DNA of 64,000 nucleotides. Source: a candidate division FCPU426 bacterium (GTDB lineage Bacteria; Oederibacteriota; Muellerivitia; Muellerivitales; Muellerivitaceae). The first letter of the stretch is position 1, and every line of letters begins with the position of its first letter. The stretch is taken from NCBI GenBank assembly GCA_963738405.1, contig CAVTWJ010000002.1:1-64000 (forward strand), given 5' to 3'. The translations under genes were made by a program, and so were the position numbers. Positions 47,134-56,800 of the stretch are shown here, piece after piece. The notes below the pieces were generated by a model. That model was not told the origin of the DNA. It was given only the letters and a program-made list of their open reading frames with translations, and made no database searches.

Positions 47134-47577
47134 TTAAGGTTTTTGCAGAACGATAGATCCAGTCTCAAGCAGGGACTTCAGATTGGAGATCACCATTGGC
47201 CAGGCGACGGAAACCGCCATGATGAATTTCGAGGGTTCGCAATCGATGGTATGGGCGAGTGAAAACTTGACGGCCGTTCCCTTGGGTTCCAGTTCCATCA
47301 CGCAGTGGGACACCCCTTCGGCCTTGAACTCGGGATTGGCCTGATGCTGCCAGCGGATCACAAGCCGGCGCGGCGGCGCGGCTTCGACGATTTCCCCGTC
47401 GTCGGTGAGGCGTCCGTCGGGATAAACCAACTTCCAAGGTGATCCCGCAGTCCATTGGCTTTCGCAGCGGACGTCGAACCAGTACTGCTTGATGGCATCA
47501 GCGTCGGTCAGCGCGGACCATAATTTTTCCGGAGTGGTTCGGATGTAGGTCACGTAAACAAATCTCGATTGAGCCAT
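47134..47577 (-). CDS. SRPBCC/AHSA1 domain protein
   Basis: YIRTTPEKLWSALT, PPRRLVIRW and WPMVISNLKSLLET. Confidence 0.88.
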   Translation of the reverse strand: MAQSRFVYVTYIRTTPEKLWSALTDADAIKQYWFDVRCESQWTAGSPWKLVYPDGRLTDDGEIVEAAPPRRLVIRWQHQANPEFKAEGVSHCVMELEPKGTAVKFSLAHTIDCEPSKFIMAVSVAWPMVISNLKSLLETGSIVLQKP

Positions 47578-47582
47578 GTCTT

Positions 47583-47903
47583 CTACACCTTTTCTTTCGA
47601 GGCCTGCTCCATTGAAACTTCCGGGAGCACCTCGTGCGTGAAGCCGAATTTCAACCCAGGCGATTTTTTGGCCAGCGCAACGGCCTGTTCAAGGTTTTCG
47701 GCCTCATAAATGATTACTCCCCCAATATCCCCACTGTATTCATCGATCTGCTTTGCGGTAACACTTTTTCCGCCCCTAATCGGCATCGCTATTTCGGGTT
47801 TAAGCAAACCAACCCACTCCCCCATATCTTTAAGATTTTTCTCCCTTTCACTCTCGGGAATTTCAGCGCCATCCGTATGCCGCGAAATCAAAACAAATTT
47901 CAT
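47583..47903 (-). CDS. YciI-like protein
   Basis: IGGVIIYEAENLEQAVALAKKSP. Confidence 0.7.
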   Translation of the reverse strand: MKFVLISRHTDGAEIPESEREKNLKDMGEWVGLLKPEIAMPIRGGKSVTAKQIDEYSGDIGGVIIYEAENLEQAVALAKKSPGLKFGFTHEVLPEVSMEQASKEKV

Positions 47904-48001
47904 AAAATGCTCCTTTTAGGTCTATCGGTTAATTTTCGAGTCTTGCTCCAAAGCGGCCTCGGGGATAAACCGGACCGCTTTACCCCGCTTGGTTTTAAAC
48001 A

Positions 48002-48460
48002 CTACCGGCCACGCCATCCCTTGGGTTCCTTCACGTCCTTCGGCGAACCAGTTCCAAAAGTTTTAGTCAATTTATCGAGGAAGTAATTCCAGCCGTCCTT
48101 GTGGGCCTTCGACAATTCATTATTGGGAAGGCCCGAATGTACCAGCGTCATTAGGGTGTTCTTCCCCTTTTTCTTGAAGGTCGTCGTGACTATCGATTCT
48201 TCCCCCGAGGTATAACGGGACATCCAGGTATGCTGTATCCGGGCTGGCCTTTGGACCTGTGTGAATCGCCCATAATGGGAAGTCCCATGGATGAGCCAGT
48301 AAAAGAACCCGTCCACTTTGGGTTCAAGGATCAACTTGTCGTTCTCGTTCCAGGGAGTGCCCGGAGTTTTGGGGTCCAGCCATCCGTCAAATACCTTCCC
48401 CGGAGCCGCAGGAATCAGCCTTTCAAACTTCAATTCAACCGTCTTCTTAGCCTTTTTCAT
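48002..48460 (-). CDS. SRPBCC/AHSA1 domain protein
   Basis: KVFDGWLDP, TLVHSGLP and HKDGWNYFLD. Confidence 0.88.
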   Translation of the reverse strand: MKKAKKTVELKFERLIPAAPGKVFDGWLDPKTPGTPWNENDKLILEPKVDGFFYWLIHGTSHYGRFTQVQRPARIQHTWMSRYTSGEESIVTTTFKKKGKNTLMTLVHSGLPNNELSKAHKDGWNYFLDKLTKTFGTGSPKDVKEPKGWRGR

Positions 48461-48792
48461 TTCTTTCTCCCCTTTTTCTCTTTTTGTTCCCTGAAATGCC
48501 CCTCAAATTGGTCGAGCTTTTGGTTCCAGAACCGTTCGTATCCCTGCACCAAGCCCGCCACCTCTTGAAGGGGTTCCCCCCGAAAGGAAATGAGGACTTC
48601 CCGGCCCTGTTTCTTGCGCTCGATCAGCCCGGCCCTTTCCAGGATTTTCAAGTGTTTGGTCACCGCGTTCAGTGCTGTGTCAAAGGGTTTTGCCACATCT
48701 AAAAACCGGGCGGGCCCTTTGGATAGCCGCTCAATAATCGCCCGCCTTGTGGGGTGCGAAAGAGCATTCAGCACATCCGTCAATTGATCCAT
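48457..48792 (-). CDS. ArsR/SmtB-family regulator
   Basis: ALSHPTRRAII, KHLKILERAGLI and YERFW. Confidence 0.9.
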   Translation of the reverse strand: MDQLTDVLNALSHPTRRAIIERLSKGPARFLDVAKPFDTALNAVTKHLKILERAGLIERKKQGREVLISFRGEPLQEVAGLVQGYERFWNQKLDQFEGHFREQKEKKGRKK

Positions 48793-48799
48793 GCCGATA

Positions 48800-48817
48800 T
48801 TACACCCTATGGTGTAA
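48800..48817. promoter_or_regulatory. Palindromic operator for the ArsR-SRPBCC operon
   Basis: TTACACC-ctat-GGTGTAA, immediately upstream of the start codon. Confidence 0.7.
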
Positions 48818-48897
48818 CGTAAAGCAAGTCTTTTTTGGAGAATATTTATTGGGTGGATATTTCAAAAGAGAGGCGAGGATGTGTATCTGAACCTTCG

Positions 48898-49758
48898 CTA
48901 GATGGTCGCCACAAGAATTTCCTCAGAATTATTTGGCGGGCGAAGGCCGTCCGTTCTGCCCGCAAAATAGCGCTGGGCAAGGTCCGCTGCTGAAACATGC
49001 CTTACTTCGCTAAAACCCGCTTCCCGGGCCAAGGCCAGCATCTCCTCCGGCGTGAAGAAACTGAGAAAGGGGGTCCCGCTCGCCTGCGCCCCCTTGACCG
49101 CCCTCTCCAGTCCGGGGCGAACATCGGGGTCCGCGAGTTCCAAAGGCACTAAAAACGTCATGGCGAAGGTGGTTCCCGGTGCAAGCTGGACAATCTGTCG
49201 CAACAGGGCGGCGTTTGCCTCTTTCGTGAGGTACATACTGACCCCGGTAGATACAATGACCGCCTTCTGGTTGGGGAAAAATCCAGCTTTCTTGATTTGC
49301 TCCAACCAGGAATTTCCCGCCTCAAAATCGACCGGCACGAATCTCAGCCATTCGGGGATTCCAAAATCCAATTCCATAAGCCGCTGGCGTTTCCAGGCCT
49401 GGGGACCCGGTTGATCGATCTCGAAAACCTTCAAACCCGAGGCAATCTCGGCCCTGCGCTGAGCGAAAGTGTCGAGACCGGCTCCGAGGATGATGTATTG
49501 GCGAACGCCCAGCGCGGCCTGTTCCACCACCAGGTCCTCGATGAAACGGGCACGGGCCAGGATGGAGGCGCGGAAGGGTTTGGTGAAATCGGGGTGCATG
49601 TCCGGGCGGTCGCGCCAAAGCGCCTCTGGGGCCACAAGCTTCAGGCCGATCTCGTCCACAAACACGTGCGGAAGCGGGTCGATTTGGAGGTGAAGGGCAC
49701 GCCATAGGGCGACTCGGACGGCCGAGGATTCCGGTCCCACCGTTTGTTGGTCTGTCAT
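48898..49758 (-). CDS. Class I SAM-dependent methyltransferase (LCM family)
   Basis: ARARFIED, ILGAGLDT, FEIDQP and GVSMYL. Confidence 0.9.
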   Translation of the reverse strand: MTDQQTVGPESSAVRVALWRALHLQIDPLPHVFVDEIGLKLVAPEALWRDRPDMHPDFTKPFRASILARARFIEDLVVEQAALGVRQYIILGAGLDTFAQRRAEIASGLKVFEIDQPGPQAWKRQRLMELDFGIPEWLRFVPVDFEAGNSWLEQIKKAGFFPNQKAVIVSTGVSMYLTKEANAALLRQIVQLAPGTTFAMTFLVPLELADPDVRPGLERAVKGAQASGTPFLSFFTPEEMLALAREAGFSEVRHVSAADLAQRYFAGRTDGLRPPNNSEEILVATI

Positions 49759-49956
49759 CCTATCCTCATTCCCGGTTCACACCGGCTTCCCCAAAAGCCT
49801 TCAAAAGAACATTTGAAAAAACACACGAACTGTAAAAGCGATGAACCAATAGGCCATGTAAGCGAAGGCCGCGACGGTTAAGGCCAGGACCACCCATTTG
49901 AGGGGGCTGTTGGAGAAAGCCAGTTTGGATAATTTCACAATAATCCTTTTTCAATA

Positions 49957-49982
49957 GACCACAAGGGGTCACCGTCCTGGAC
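49957..49982. repeat. 26-bp REP-like palindrome, copy 1
   Basis: gaccacaaggggtcaccgtcctggac. Confidence 0.55.
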
Positions 49983-50028
49983 CCCTATTGAATCTTGCTC
50001 GACAGGATAACCCTTTGCGTCGGGACCT

Positions 50029-50571
50029 TTAATAAAAACCATTCCATAGCCAAAAGCGAAGTGCCATGTATAAGAAGAGGCCGATATCGATCCCCGCCGC
50101 GATGAACAAAAACTTACGTGGTCGTTTGAATCGGGTGATGATGGCAAAGAGGAGGAACCCAAACCCTAGAATAACGGCCCCAAAAACACGAAGCATGGCG
50201 ATGAAAACCACCATGGCCAACCAGTTTTGTGGCCAAAAATGAAATTGCCTGACCGCGATCATAAAACACTCCGCGGGAGGCCCCGTGAGAGCCAGACCGA
50301 GGGCGAGGATGGAGAAAAGGTTCCAAAATTTTTCATCCGACCGCAAAAAGAAAAGCGCCAAAGCGGTTGGAAAGACGCATAAAAAAGCAAAGACCGCGAT
50401 GAAAAGGATCATTTCCCCGCCTGCCACCATCCCCGGGGATTGGGCTTGAAACTGAGTGGTCGCCAAGTCGTCCAAATAAGCCGCTAAGAAAGCGCCGGCC
50501 AATGCCAAAACATAACCCGCGAGGACTAAACTGATTTTCGTATTTTTTTTCACGGGTGTCCGATCTGTCAT
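50029..50571 (-). CDS. Hypothetical membrane protein
   Basis: About five hydrophobic segments. Confidence 0.75.
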   Translation of the reverse strand: MTDRTPVKKNTKISLVLAGYVLALAGAFLAAYLDDLATTQFQAQSPGMVAGGEMILFIAVFAFLCVFPTALALFFLRSDEKFWNLFSILALGLALTGPPAECFMIAVRQFHFWPQNWLAMVVFIAMLRVFGAVILGFGFLLFAIITRFKRPRKFLFIAAGIDIGLFLYMALRFWLWNGFY

Positions 50572-50670
50572 TAAATGAAATCCCTATTCTTTAAAGCCGC
50601 AAACCCAAATAAATAACTTATGTGCTTGGTACCCTGTAAGTTTATTACCTTTTTCAGTAATCGTCTTTGC

Positions 50671-51744
50671 TCACTTGAGAATCCCCCGAACGAAAAAGTA
50701 AACGCTCACCCCGATCAAGCCCAACCCCCAGAGGATCAAGGTCAAGGCGCTGCGGCCATCCTGTTTTTCCAGGTTCTCCCGGCTCTTGTCCGAAATGATA
50801 AACAGATCCCCAGGCCGAGACCCCTTACCCAGGAAAACCATCCCCTCGTCGCTCTCCTCAAGGCCGGTCTTTTGCTGGCATACAGCCATAACAAAAACCC
50901 TTTGCCCCTCCTGAAAGTGGCGTTCGGTGAACCGCAATGTGCTATCCATTCTCCCTGCCAGCCCCATTTCCACCAGGATGGTCTGCATCGGTTTAGGAAT
51001 GTCATTACTACGGACGGTTACCAATGAATAGGCACCGGAAAACTTGGTATCCGCCCCTTCTGGATGAATATGGGCTTTACCGGTGCCATCATCGATCGTG
51101 AAAGGAGTGGTTTGGGAGCCGCCGCTTTCGAGGGTCATCCAATCAGCTGTCTTACCGGTAGACACAAATTGTTCGATTTGACACTCGAAATAAACGCAGG
51201 GTTTTAGGGTGAAGGGGGTTTGTAAGGCGGCTGTACCCGCGGCGTTACCGCTGATTTCCACCTGTCCGGGGGCCATGGCCCTGATAGTGGAGAAGGGAAT
51301 ATTTTCCATCAGTCTTTTTCGGGACAACTTGAAGAAAGTAAGGACAAAAGATTGCAAACCAAACAGCAGGCCGAAACCCTCAAACATGTAAAACATTATC
51401 CTTTGATCGCGGGTAACGTACAGGAAGTAAAAACCGATGAGGAAGCCTATGACGAAGATGAAGATAGAGACCAGGAGAAACTTTGCTTCCAGGCTCTTCG
51501 GGTCCACTTTTTCATCGCCACTTGAAGTATGAAGGGTAATTTGGGACGGTCCCGACCTCCAGGTGTACCCGCCGATCTGGTGAGTGGTCCAGCCGTTTTC
51601 TGGCGTTTCTTGCTTTTCCCTGAGTTTTCGAGCCATATCTCCCGTGAGGATAACATCCGGATTGTATTTCGCGAAAATCAACCCACAGCCTTCGCAAGTC
51701 GTGTTGGCGTCCGGCTGTTCAAAATGGCAGGAAGGACATTGCAA
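50671..51744 (-). CDS. Zinc-ribbon plus GIDE-like domain membrane protein
   Basis: CPSC...CEGCGLIFAK; two TM segments; MENIPFSTIRAMAPGQVEISG...FTIDDGTG...LRFTE...FIISDKS; C-terminal TM. Confidence 0.75.
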   Translation of the reverse strand: MQCPSCHFEQPDANTTCEGCGLIFAKYNPDVILTGDMARKLREKQETPENGWTTHQIGGYTWRSGPSQITLHTSSGDEKVDPKSLEAKFLLVSIFIFVIGFLIGFYFLYVTRDQRIMFYMFEGFGLLFGLQSFVLTFFKLSRKRLMENIPFSTIRAMAPGQVEISGNAAGTAALQTPFTLKPCVYFECQIEQFVSTGKTADWMTLESGGSQTTPFTIDDGTGKAHIHPEGADTKFSGAYSLVTVRSNDIPKPMQTILVEMGLAGRMDSTLRFTERHFQEGQRVFVMAVCQQKTGLEESDEGMVFLGKGSRPGDLFIISDKSRENLEKQDGRSALTLILWGLGLIGVSVYFFVRGILK

Positions 51745-51837
51745 CGTGTTAACCTCGATTAAAAGGATTAATGCTTAAAAATCCTCAGCACTTTTTCCCT
51801 CCCCATATTGAATATCCAAAGCGGTACTTTTTCTTTT

Positions 51838-51863
51838 GTCCACGACGGGTCACCGTCGTGGAC
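51838..51863. repeat. 26-bp REP-like palindrome, copy 2 (perfect 11-bp arms)
   Basis: gtccacgacgg-gtca-ccgtcgtggac. Confidence 0.65.
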
Positions 51864-51875
51864 GACCCAGTTGGT

Positions 51876-52220
51876 TTATTCGAATATGAGAATTTTAAGA
51901 TTTTCGATCAACTTCACCTTATCAATCAGGTTTAACTCCCCCAAGTGCTTGACGAACCTGCGGTTATCAATGGCTCGAATTTGATCGGCTAATATGTCGG
52001 AATCTTTTTTAAGGCCCATTCCTTTTTTAGAAAGGTGAACCCGGAGGATTTCCGCCCCACGGACGACTTGCGTGGTGATGGGGCAAACAATGGTGCTGGG
52101 GTGTTGACCGTCGTTTAAAAGGTTGGTTTGGAGAACGACGACGGGCCTCGTTTTTCCGGATTCGGTGCCGAAGCGGGGACTTAGATCCGCCAGGTAAATA
52201 TTAAATTTCCTGATTTTCAT
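51876..52220 (-). CDS. PemK/MazF-family toxin
   Basis: YLADLSPRFGTESGKTRPVVV, PITT and DQIRAIDNRR. Confidence 0.93.
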   Translation of the reverse strand: MKIRKFNIYLADLSPRFGTESGKTRPVVVLQTNLLNDGQHPSTIVCPITTQVVRGAEILRVHLSKKGMGLKKDSDILADQIRAIDNRRFVKHLGELNLIDKVKLIENLKILIFE

Positions 52221-52456
52221 TCAACGGAAGCCTCTTCAAGCTTTTCCATCTCGCCCAGGATATCCATGGAATTCTTTCGCGTAAGCAGGGATTCTTTTTT
52301 AAGTTTCTGGCGAAGCCCTTTGCGCCGGTTGAAAGCGTTATAAAAATCCAACGCCTCATTGATGTAGGTGTTTCGGGGCATATGAAGCCGCTTGGTCTGG
52401 ACTTCCACATCCTCGAAAATTTCACCTTTTATTTTAAGGGATAGAACTTTGGTCAC
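52217..52456 (-). CDS. Putative ribbon-helix-helix antitoxin
   Basis: 79 aa, 4-nt overlap with the toxin, VLSLKI...RNTYINEAL; AAGGAGG RBS. Confidence 0.85.
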   Translation of the reverse strand: MTKVLSLKIKGEIFEDVEVQTKRLHMPRNTYINEALDFYNAFNRRKGLRQKLKKESLLTRKNSMDILGEMEKLEEASVE

Positions 52457-52472
52457 TTCGACCTCCTTGGGA

Positions 52473-52493
52473 GTACATACGAATAGTATATAC
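52473..52493. promoter_or_regulatory. Putative toxin-antitoxin autoregulatory operator
   Basis: GTACATAC-gaata-GTATATAC imperfect palindrome upstream of the antitoxin. Confidence 0.55.
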
Positions 52494-52527
52494 CTCTTGG
52501 TTTAAATGGGATTTTTTTAAATCGCCT

Positions 52528-52553
52528 GTCCATTCCGGGTCCCCGTCGTGGTC
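52528..52553. repeat. 26-bp REP-like palindrome, copy 3
   Basis: gtccattccgggtccccgtcgtggtc. Confidence 0.55.
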
Positions 52554-52590
52554 AAAAAGGTGGCGATTAAAGAAGGGTATTAAAGGCTGG

Positions 52591-53031
52591 TTATCTTTTG
52601 TGTGGTTTGGGTTCTTTGGCTTCGGCGGAAAGCAGCGTCACTTGATCGAGGACATCCACCGCGAATTCGAGGTCCGGCAGTATTTCCGAAAGGCTCTCCA
52701 GGGGAATTTGGACAGCCTGAACGAGCTTGAGGGCTTCTTCTTTCGCGAAGGCCTTTTCCAGTTTCTTGTTGAAAAACTCGATTGATTTCATCTTGATCAC
52801 CATCTGGGGTCCGCTAAAACCCTTCTGCTCCAAAACCTCGCTGGTCACATCCGTCTTGTTGAGGTTTTCCTTCACCTTTTTGAATCGGTAGATGGAATCA
52901 CTCAGCATCTTTTCCCCGTCCTCCGAAAGTTCGGATGGGAAAAGGCGGGTCTTGTGTTTCAAAAGCGTCTCGAAGGCCCCCATTGAGGCGTCCATCAGTT
53001 TTTTGATTCGGTCTTGGTCGTAATTGAGCAT
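52591..53031 (-). CDS. Hypothetical protein
   Basis: Helical ~146-aa ORF with GGAGG RBS before MLNYDQ. Confidence 0.7.
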   Translation of the reverse strand: MLNYDQDRIKKLMDASMGAFETLLKHKTRLFPSELSEDGEKMLSDSIYRFKKVKENLNKTDVTSEVLEQKGFSGPQMVIKMKSIEFFNKKLEKAFAKEEALKLVQAVQIPLESLSEILPDLEFAVDVLDQVTLLSAEAKEPKPHKR

Positions 53032-53069
53032 CAAAACACCTCCCCCACACAATGGTTAATGGCCCGCCT

Positions 53070-53774
53070 TTATTCCGTTTCGCTGATTCGCTTTTTCAAA
53101 TTCTCGATGGCCGCCTTGGCGTCCAGATTGCCGCCGTCGGCCGATTTTTGGTACCACTTCAAGGCTTCGTCAAAGTTCTGTTTGCCCGCCCAGCCATGCT
53201 CATCATAATACCCGATCTCGTATTGGGCCTGGGCGTTGCCCTGGTCCGCGGCCTTTTGATAATAGGAGCGGGAATAGTCGTAATTCGGGTAGGTGCCCAG
53301 GCCATGCTCCCAAAGATAGGCCAGATCCATCAAGCCTAACACATTCCCCTGGTCGGCCGACTTTTGGAACCATTGAATGGCGATGGAATAATCCTTGGGG
53401 ACGCCCCAACCGTTTTCATATAAATAGCCCAAATGGTCCTGGCCCGCCGGGTTGCCCTGATCTGCCGACTTTTGAAACCAGAAGAGCGCCTGCGCGTAAT
53501 CCTGGGTGACGCCCATCCCATGCTCGTAGCAGAAGCCCAATTTGTTTTGACCATTGGAGTTTCCAAGATCGGCCGATTTTTGGTACCAACCCAGGGCGCC
53601 TGGAACATCCTTGGCTTTTTCAGCCAGCAGGCCCTTTTGGTATTCGGCATCGCCGGGAATGGCAGGTGTGGCGGTGGGGATGGGGGTAGCGGGCTTGGGA
53701 TCGGCGAAAAGGGACCCGGCTAACCCGGCAAAGATAAATCCCGCGAACAAAATCCATATTTTTCGATTCATCAT
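53070..53774 (-). CDS. Secreted Sel1-repeat protein
   Basis: Repeated LG..YE.G.GV..DY..A..WFQKSADQGN. Confidence 0.9.
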   Translation of the reverse strand: MMNRKIWILFAGFIFAGLAGSLFADPKPATPIPTATPAIPGDAEYQKGLLAEKAKDVPGALGWYQKSADLGNSNGQNKLGFCYEHGMGVTQDYAQALFWFQKSADQGNPAGQDHLGYLYENGWGVPKDYSIAIQWFQKSADQGNVLGLMDLAYLWEHGLGTYPNYDYSRSYYQKAADQGNAQAQYEIGYYDEHGWAGKQNFDEALKWYQKSADGGNLDAKAAIENLKKRISETE

Positions 53775-53803
53775 TACCGTTTCCAAATTGGGTTCCAAAC
53801 AGC

Positions 53804-53839
53804 AAAAAGCCCGGCTTCGCAGGTTAAACCGGGCTTTTT
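53804..53839. terminator. Intrinsic terminator after the autotransporter (bidirectional shape)
   Basis: AAAAAGCCCGG...CCGGGCTTTTT. Confidence 0.75.
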
Positions 53840-53875
53840 CTAACCACAACTATTTTTTCCCTAAATCGGCGGCTT

Positions 53876-56800
53876 TTAGAACCCTAGGCTGATCCCCGCG
53901 TTCACATTTTGCTCGGTGACATTCGTCTGACCGATCTTACCTTGATAAGAGGCATACATATTGAAGCTCCTGGAAAGCTGGGCCTTCAAGCCAGCCCCCA
54001 CCAAAACCGCCTCGGTGCCGGTGGCCGGGCCGTTGACGGTAAAGTTGGCGCCCGATCCAAAGCTGGCGCTTAAGGCATCCAAATTACCTGAGTAGACATG
54101 TTCCCAGGCGGCGTTTATAGAGGGCGACAAGCTAATCCCGTTCAGGTCCCAAGTCCAGCTGGAAGCCACCCCCAAATCGCTGTCGAGAGAGTCTTCGCCT
54201 TGGGCGTCATAGCTTAAGGGCGCCAGGGAGCCCGTTTCGGAGAAGGCGTTGATATGGACGCTGGTGAACTGGCCCGAAGCGTAGGGCCCGATCTTCACCT
54301 GGTCCATCTTGAAATCGTATCCGGCGCTTAGGCTTCCGGAGATCATCTGGCCCTGGGTGGTGCCGGTGGCGATCCCGCTCCAGCCGTTGCGAGAAGTGCT
54401 GTAGTTGCTCAGGCCCCCTACCGCCAAAGCGTTCACGTGGAATTCATCCTCGCGCATTCCGGCGAAAAAGCCTTCCTGCCCGCCGGTGGCGCTCACCGTG
54501 CCGGTGGATTGGCTGGTGCCCGATTGGCTGTAGCCGAAGAACAAGCCGGCCGCCCAATCTTTGGAGAAACGGTAATCCAAGCCCGCCAGCATGCCGCCTG
54601 TGAAATATTGGTAGCCGGGGCCGTTGCCGTCGGGGGAAACCGTCCCGAAGTTGGCGGTCTCATCGGTGAAAACGCCCCACTGGTTGGGCTGAAGGTCTTT
54701 CGCCATGCCCGCCTCATCGGAGGCGGAAAGGTTTCCGGCGAACCTTGTTCCCTCCCCGTTCCAGGCCGTATCACGTGATGTGAATTCCCCGAACAACGAG
54801 TCCAGGTGCCGATTGATCAACCCGGCTTCCCCCTGCGCCGCGCCGAAACCCATATGGAAAAGGGGCGTCAGGCTGGCGGGAGAAAGCTGGTCGTAAATGC
54901 CGGGCAAGGAGGCGTTCGTCTGGCCGTTCAGGTAGGCGATCAAAGCCGGGGGGTTCAACACACCCGCCAGGTTATCCAGCCCCGCGCCCAGATTCTTTTG
55001 GTTGGGCGTGGTGCCGATTTCGGCAAAGGTGAGGGAGGAACCGGGATTGGCCAGATCGGTCAAAAGCACATCCGTCGATTGGTACACCAGCGAAACCGCG
55101 CTGCCGCCCACCGTGTTGTCGATGGAAGCGAAGGTTCCCGTCACGCTCCCCGCCGTCAGCAGGGTGAAGGTTTCGTTATCGTGGATGGTAAACCCGGCGT
55201 AGGAAACAACCTTCAAAGCCCCGTCTAAGGAAGCTGTACCCGCGATATTAAGTTTGTCCCATTGGCTGCTGGAGGGTCCAAGACCTAACTGCAAGGTGGC
55301 GCCCGCGGATTGGGTGTAATTGCCTCCAATGTTCAGGGTCATCGGGCCTGAGTAGACCAGGGTTCCGCCGTTGAAGACGTTGCCCGTTCCCAAGGCGCCG
55401 CTGTTGGCCGCCTCCAAAACGCTTCCGTTGATGGAGGTTCCGCCGCTGTAGAGGTTTTCACCCGTCAGCGTCAAGTTGCCCCCGCCCGAGAGATCCAGGT
55501 TCATGTTGCCTTCCATCACGCCCCCGAAATTCCCCGTGCCTACCTGTAATTGGGCGTTGGTTCCGCCCACGCTGACAACCCCCGAGCCGTTCAAACTGCC
55601 CAGGGTCACCAAGGCCTGACCCGCCGTACCCGCCGTGTAGGTTCCGGAAATGGCGGTTCCATTGCCGGTGGCACTCAAAACCCCGCCCGTTCCGCCTGAA
55701 ACCGTGAAGGTGGAAGCTGAATCCAAGATGAGTGCAGTCAGGGACACCCCGGCATTACCGCCGTTGCCCGCCGTGCCGTTACCGTTAATGCCGGTGGTAA
55801 AGGTGTCGGTGTCCATCGTCAGGACCCCGCCGTTGCCTCCGGAAACCGTGAAGTTCGAGCCCGTGAGGGAAACGAAGGTTCCCGTGACAGCCGCGGCCCC
55901 GCCCGAACCCGCCAGGCTGTTTCCGTTGAAACCGGCTGAAGCGGCCCCGTAGACGGTGGTGCCATTGGAAGCGGTGACGCTTAAACTTCCGCCGTTGCCG
56001 CCCGAGACCGTGAAGCCGGAAGTGGTGAGATAGGCCAAATCCAGGGACAACCCCGCGTTGCCGCCCAAGCCCGCCGTCACGGAGCCGTTGACGCCGTAGT
56101 CGCCGCCCAAAGCGGCCACATCGATGGCGCCGCCGTTCCCGCCGGTAAGGGCGAATTGGGAACCGGTCACGGAAACCGCGCCCATCGACATTTGGGCCAA
56201 CCCGCCCGCGCCCGCCGCGCCGTTACCGTGGATGCCGTTGGAGATGCCGTAATAAAAGCCCTCATCCGTGGAAAGGGCCGTGATGTTTCCGCCGTTTCCG
56301 CCCGAAACCGTGAAGCCGGAGGCCGAATCCATTTCCAGGTCCGTCATCGAAAGGGTAATGGCCCCGCCCGAACCCGCGAATCCGTTTCCCTGAATGCCCC
56401 AGCCGCCGCTGTCGGCGTCCATCGTGATATTGCCGCCCCTCCCGCCGGACAAGCTGACCGAAGAAGAACTCAAGGAAGCCGTCCCCATCGTCACGCCCGC
56501 AGCCCCGCCCAAATGGATCGGGACGTTTCCCAGAATGCCGTCGCTTGAAAATTGAGAATTCAACAGCACATCGCCGCTCGCTCCGCCCGTTACATCGAAG
56601 GCCGAACCCAGAAGGCTCAAGGAACCCATCGACACCCCGGCCGTACCGCCCGCGCCAACGGGCATCGATCCATAAATGCCAGTGGCCCCGAGAAGGGTAC
56701 TATCCCCCGATGCCTCAATGGTCGCCCCCCCGCCATTCCCGCCCGCCACGTTGAAGGTGGACCCGGTTGCCGTCATCGGACCCATCAAGAGGTTGGCGTT

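Noticed and set aside
43462..53774. Integron cassette array
   Set aside because: Many short co-oriented genes, but no repeated attC-like RYYYAAC...GTTRRRY sites and no integron integrase
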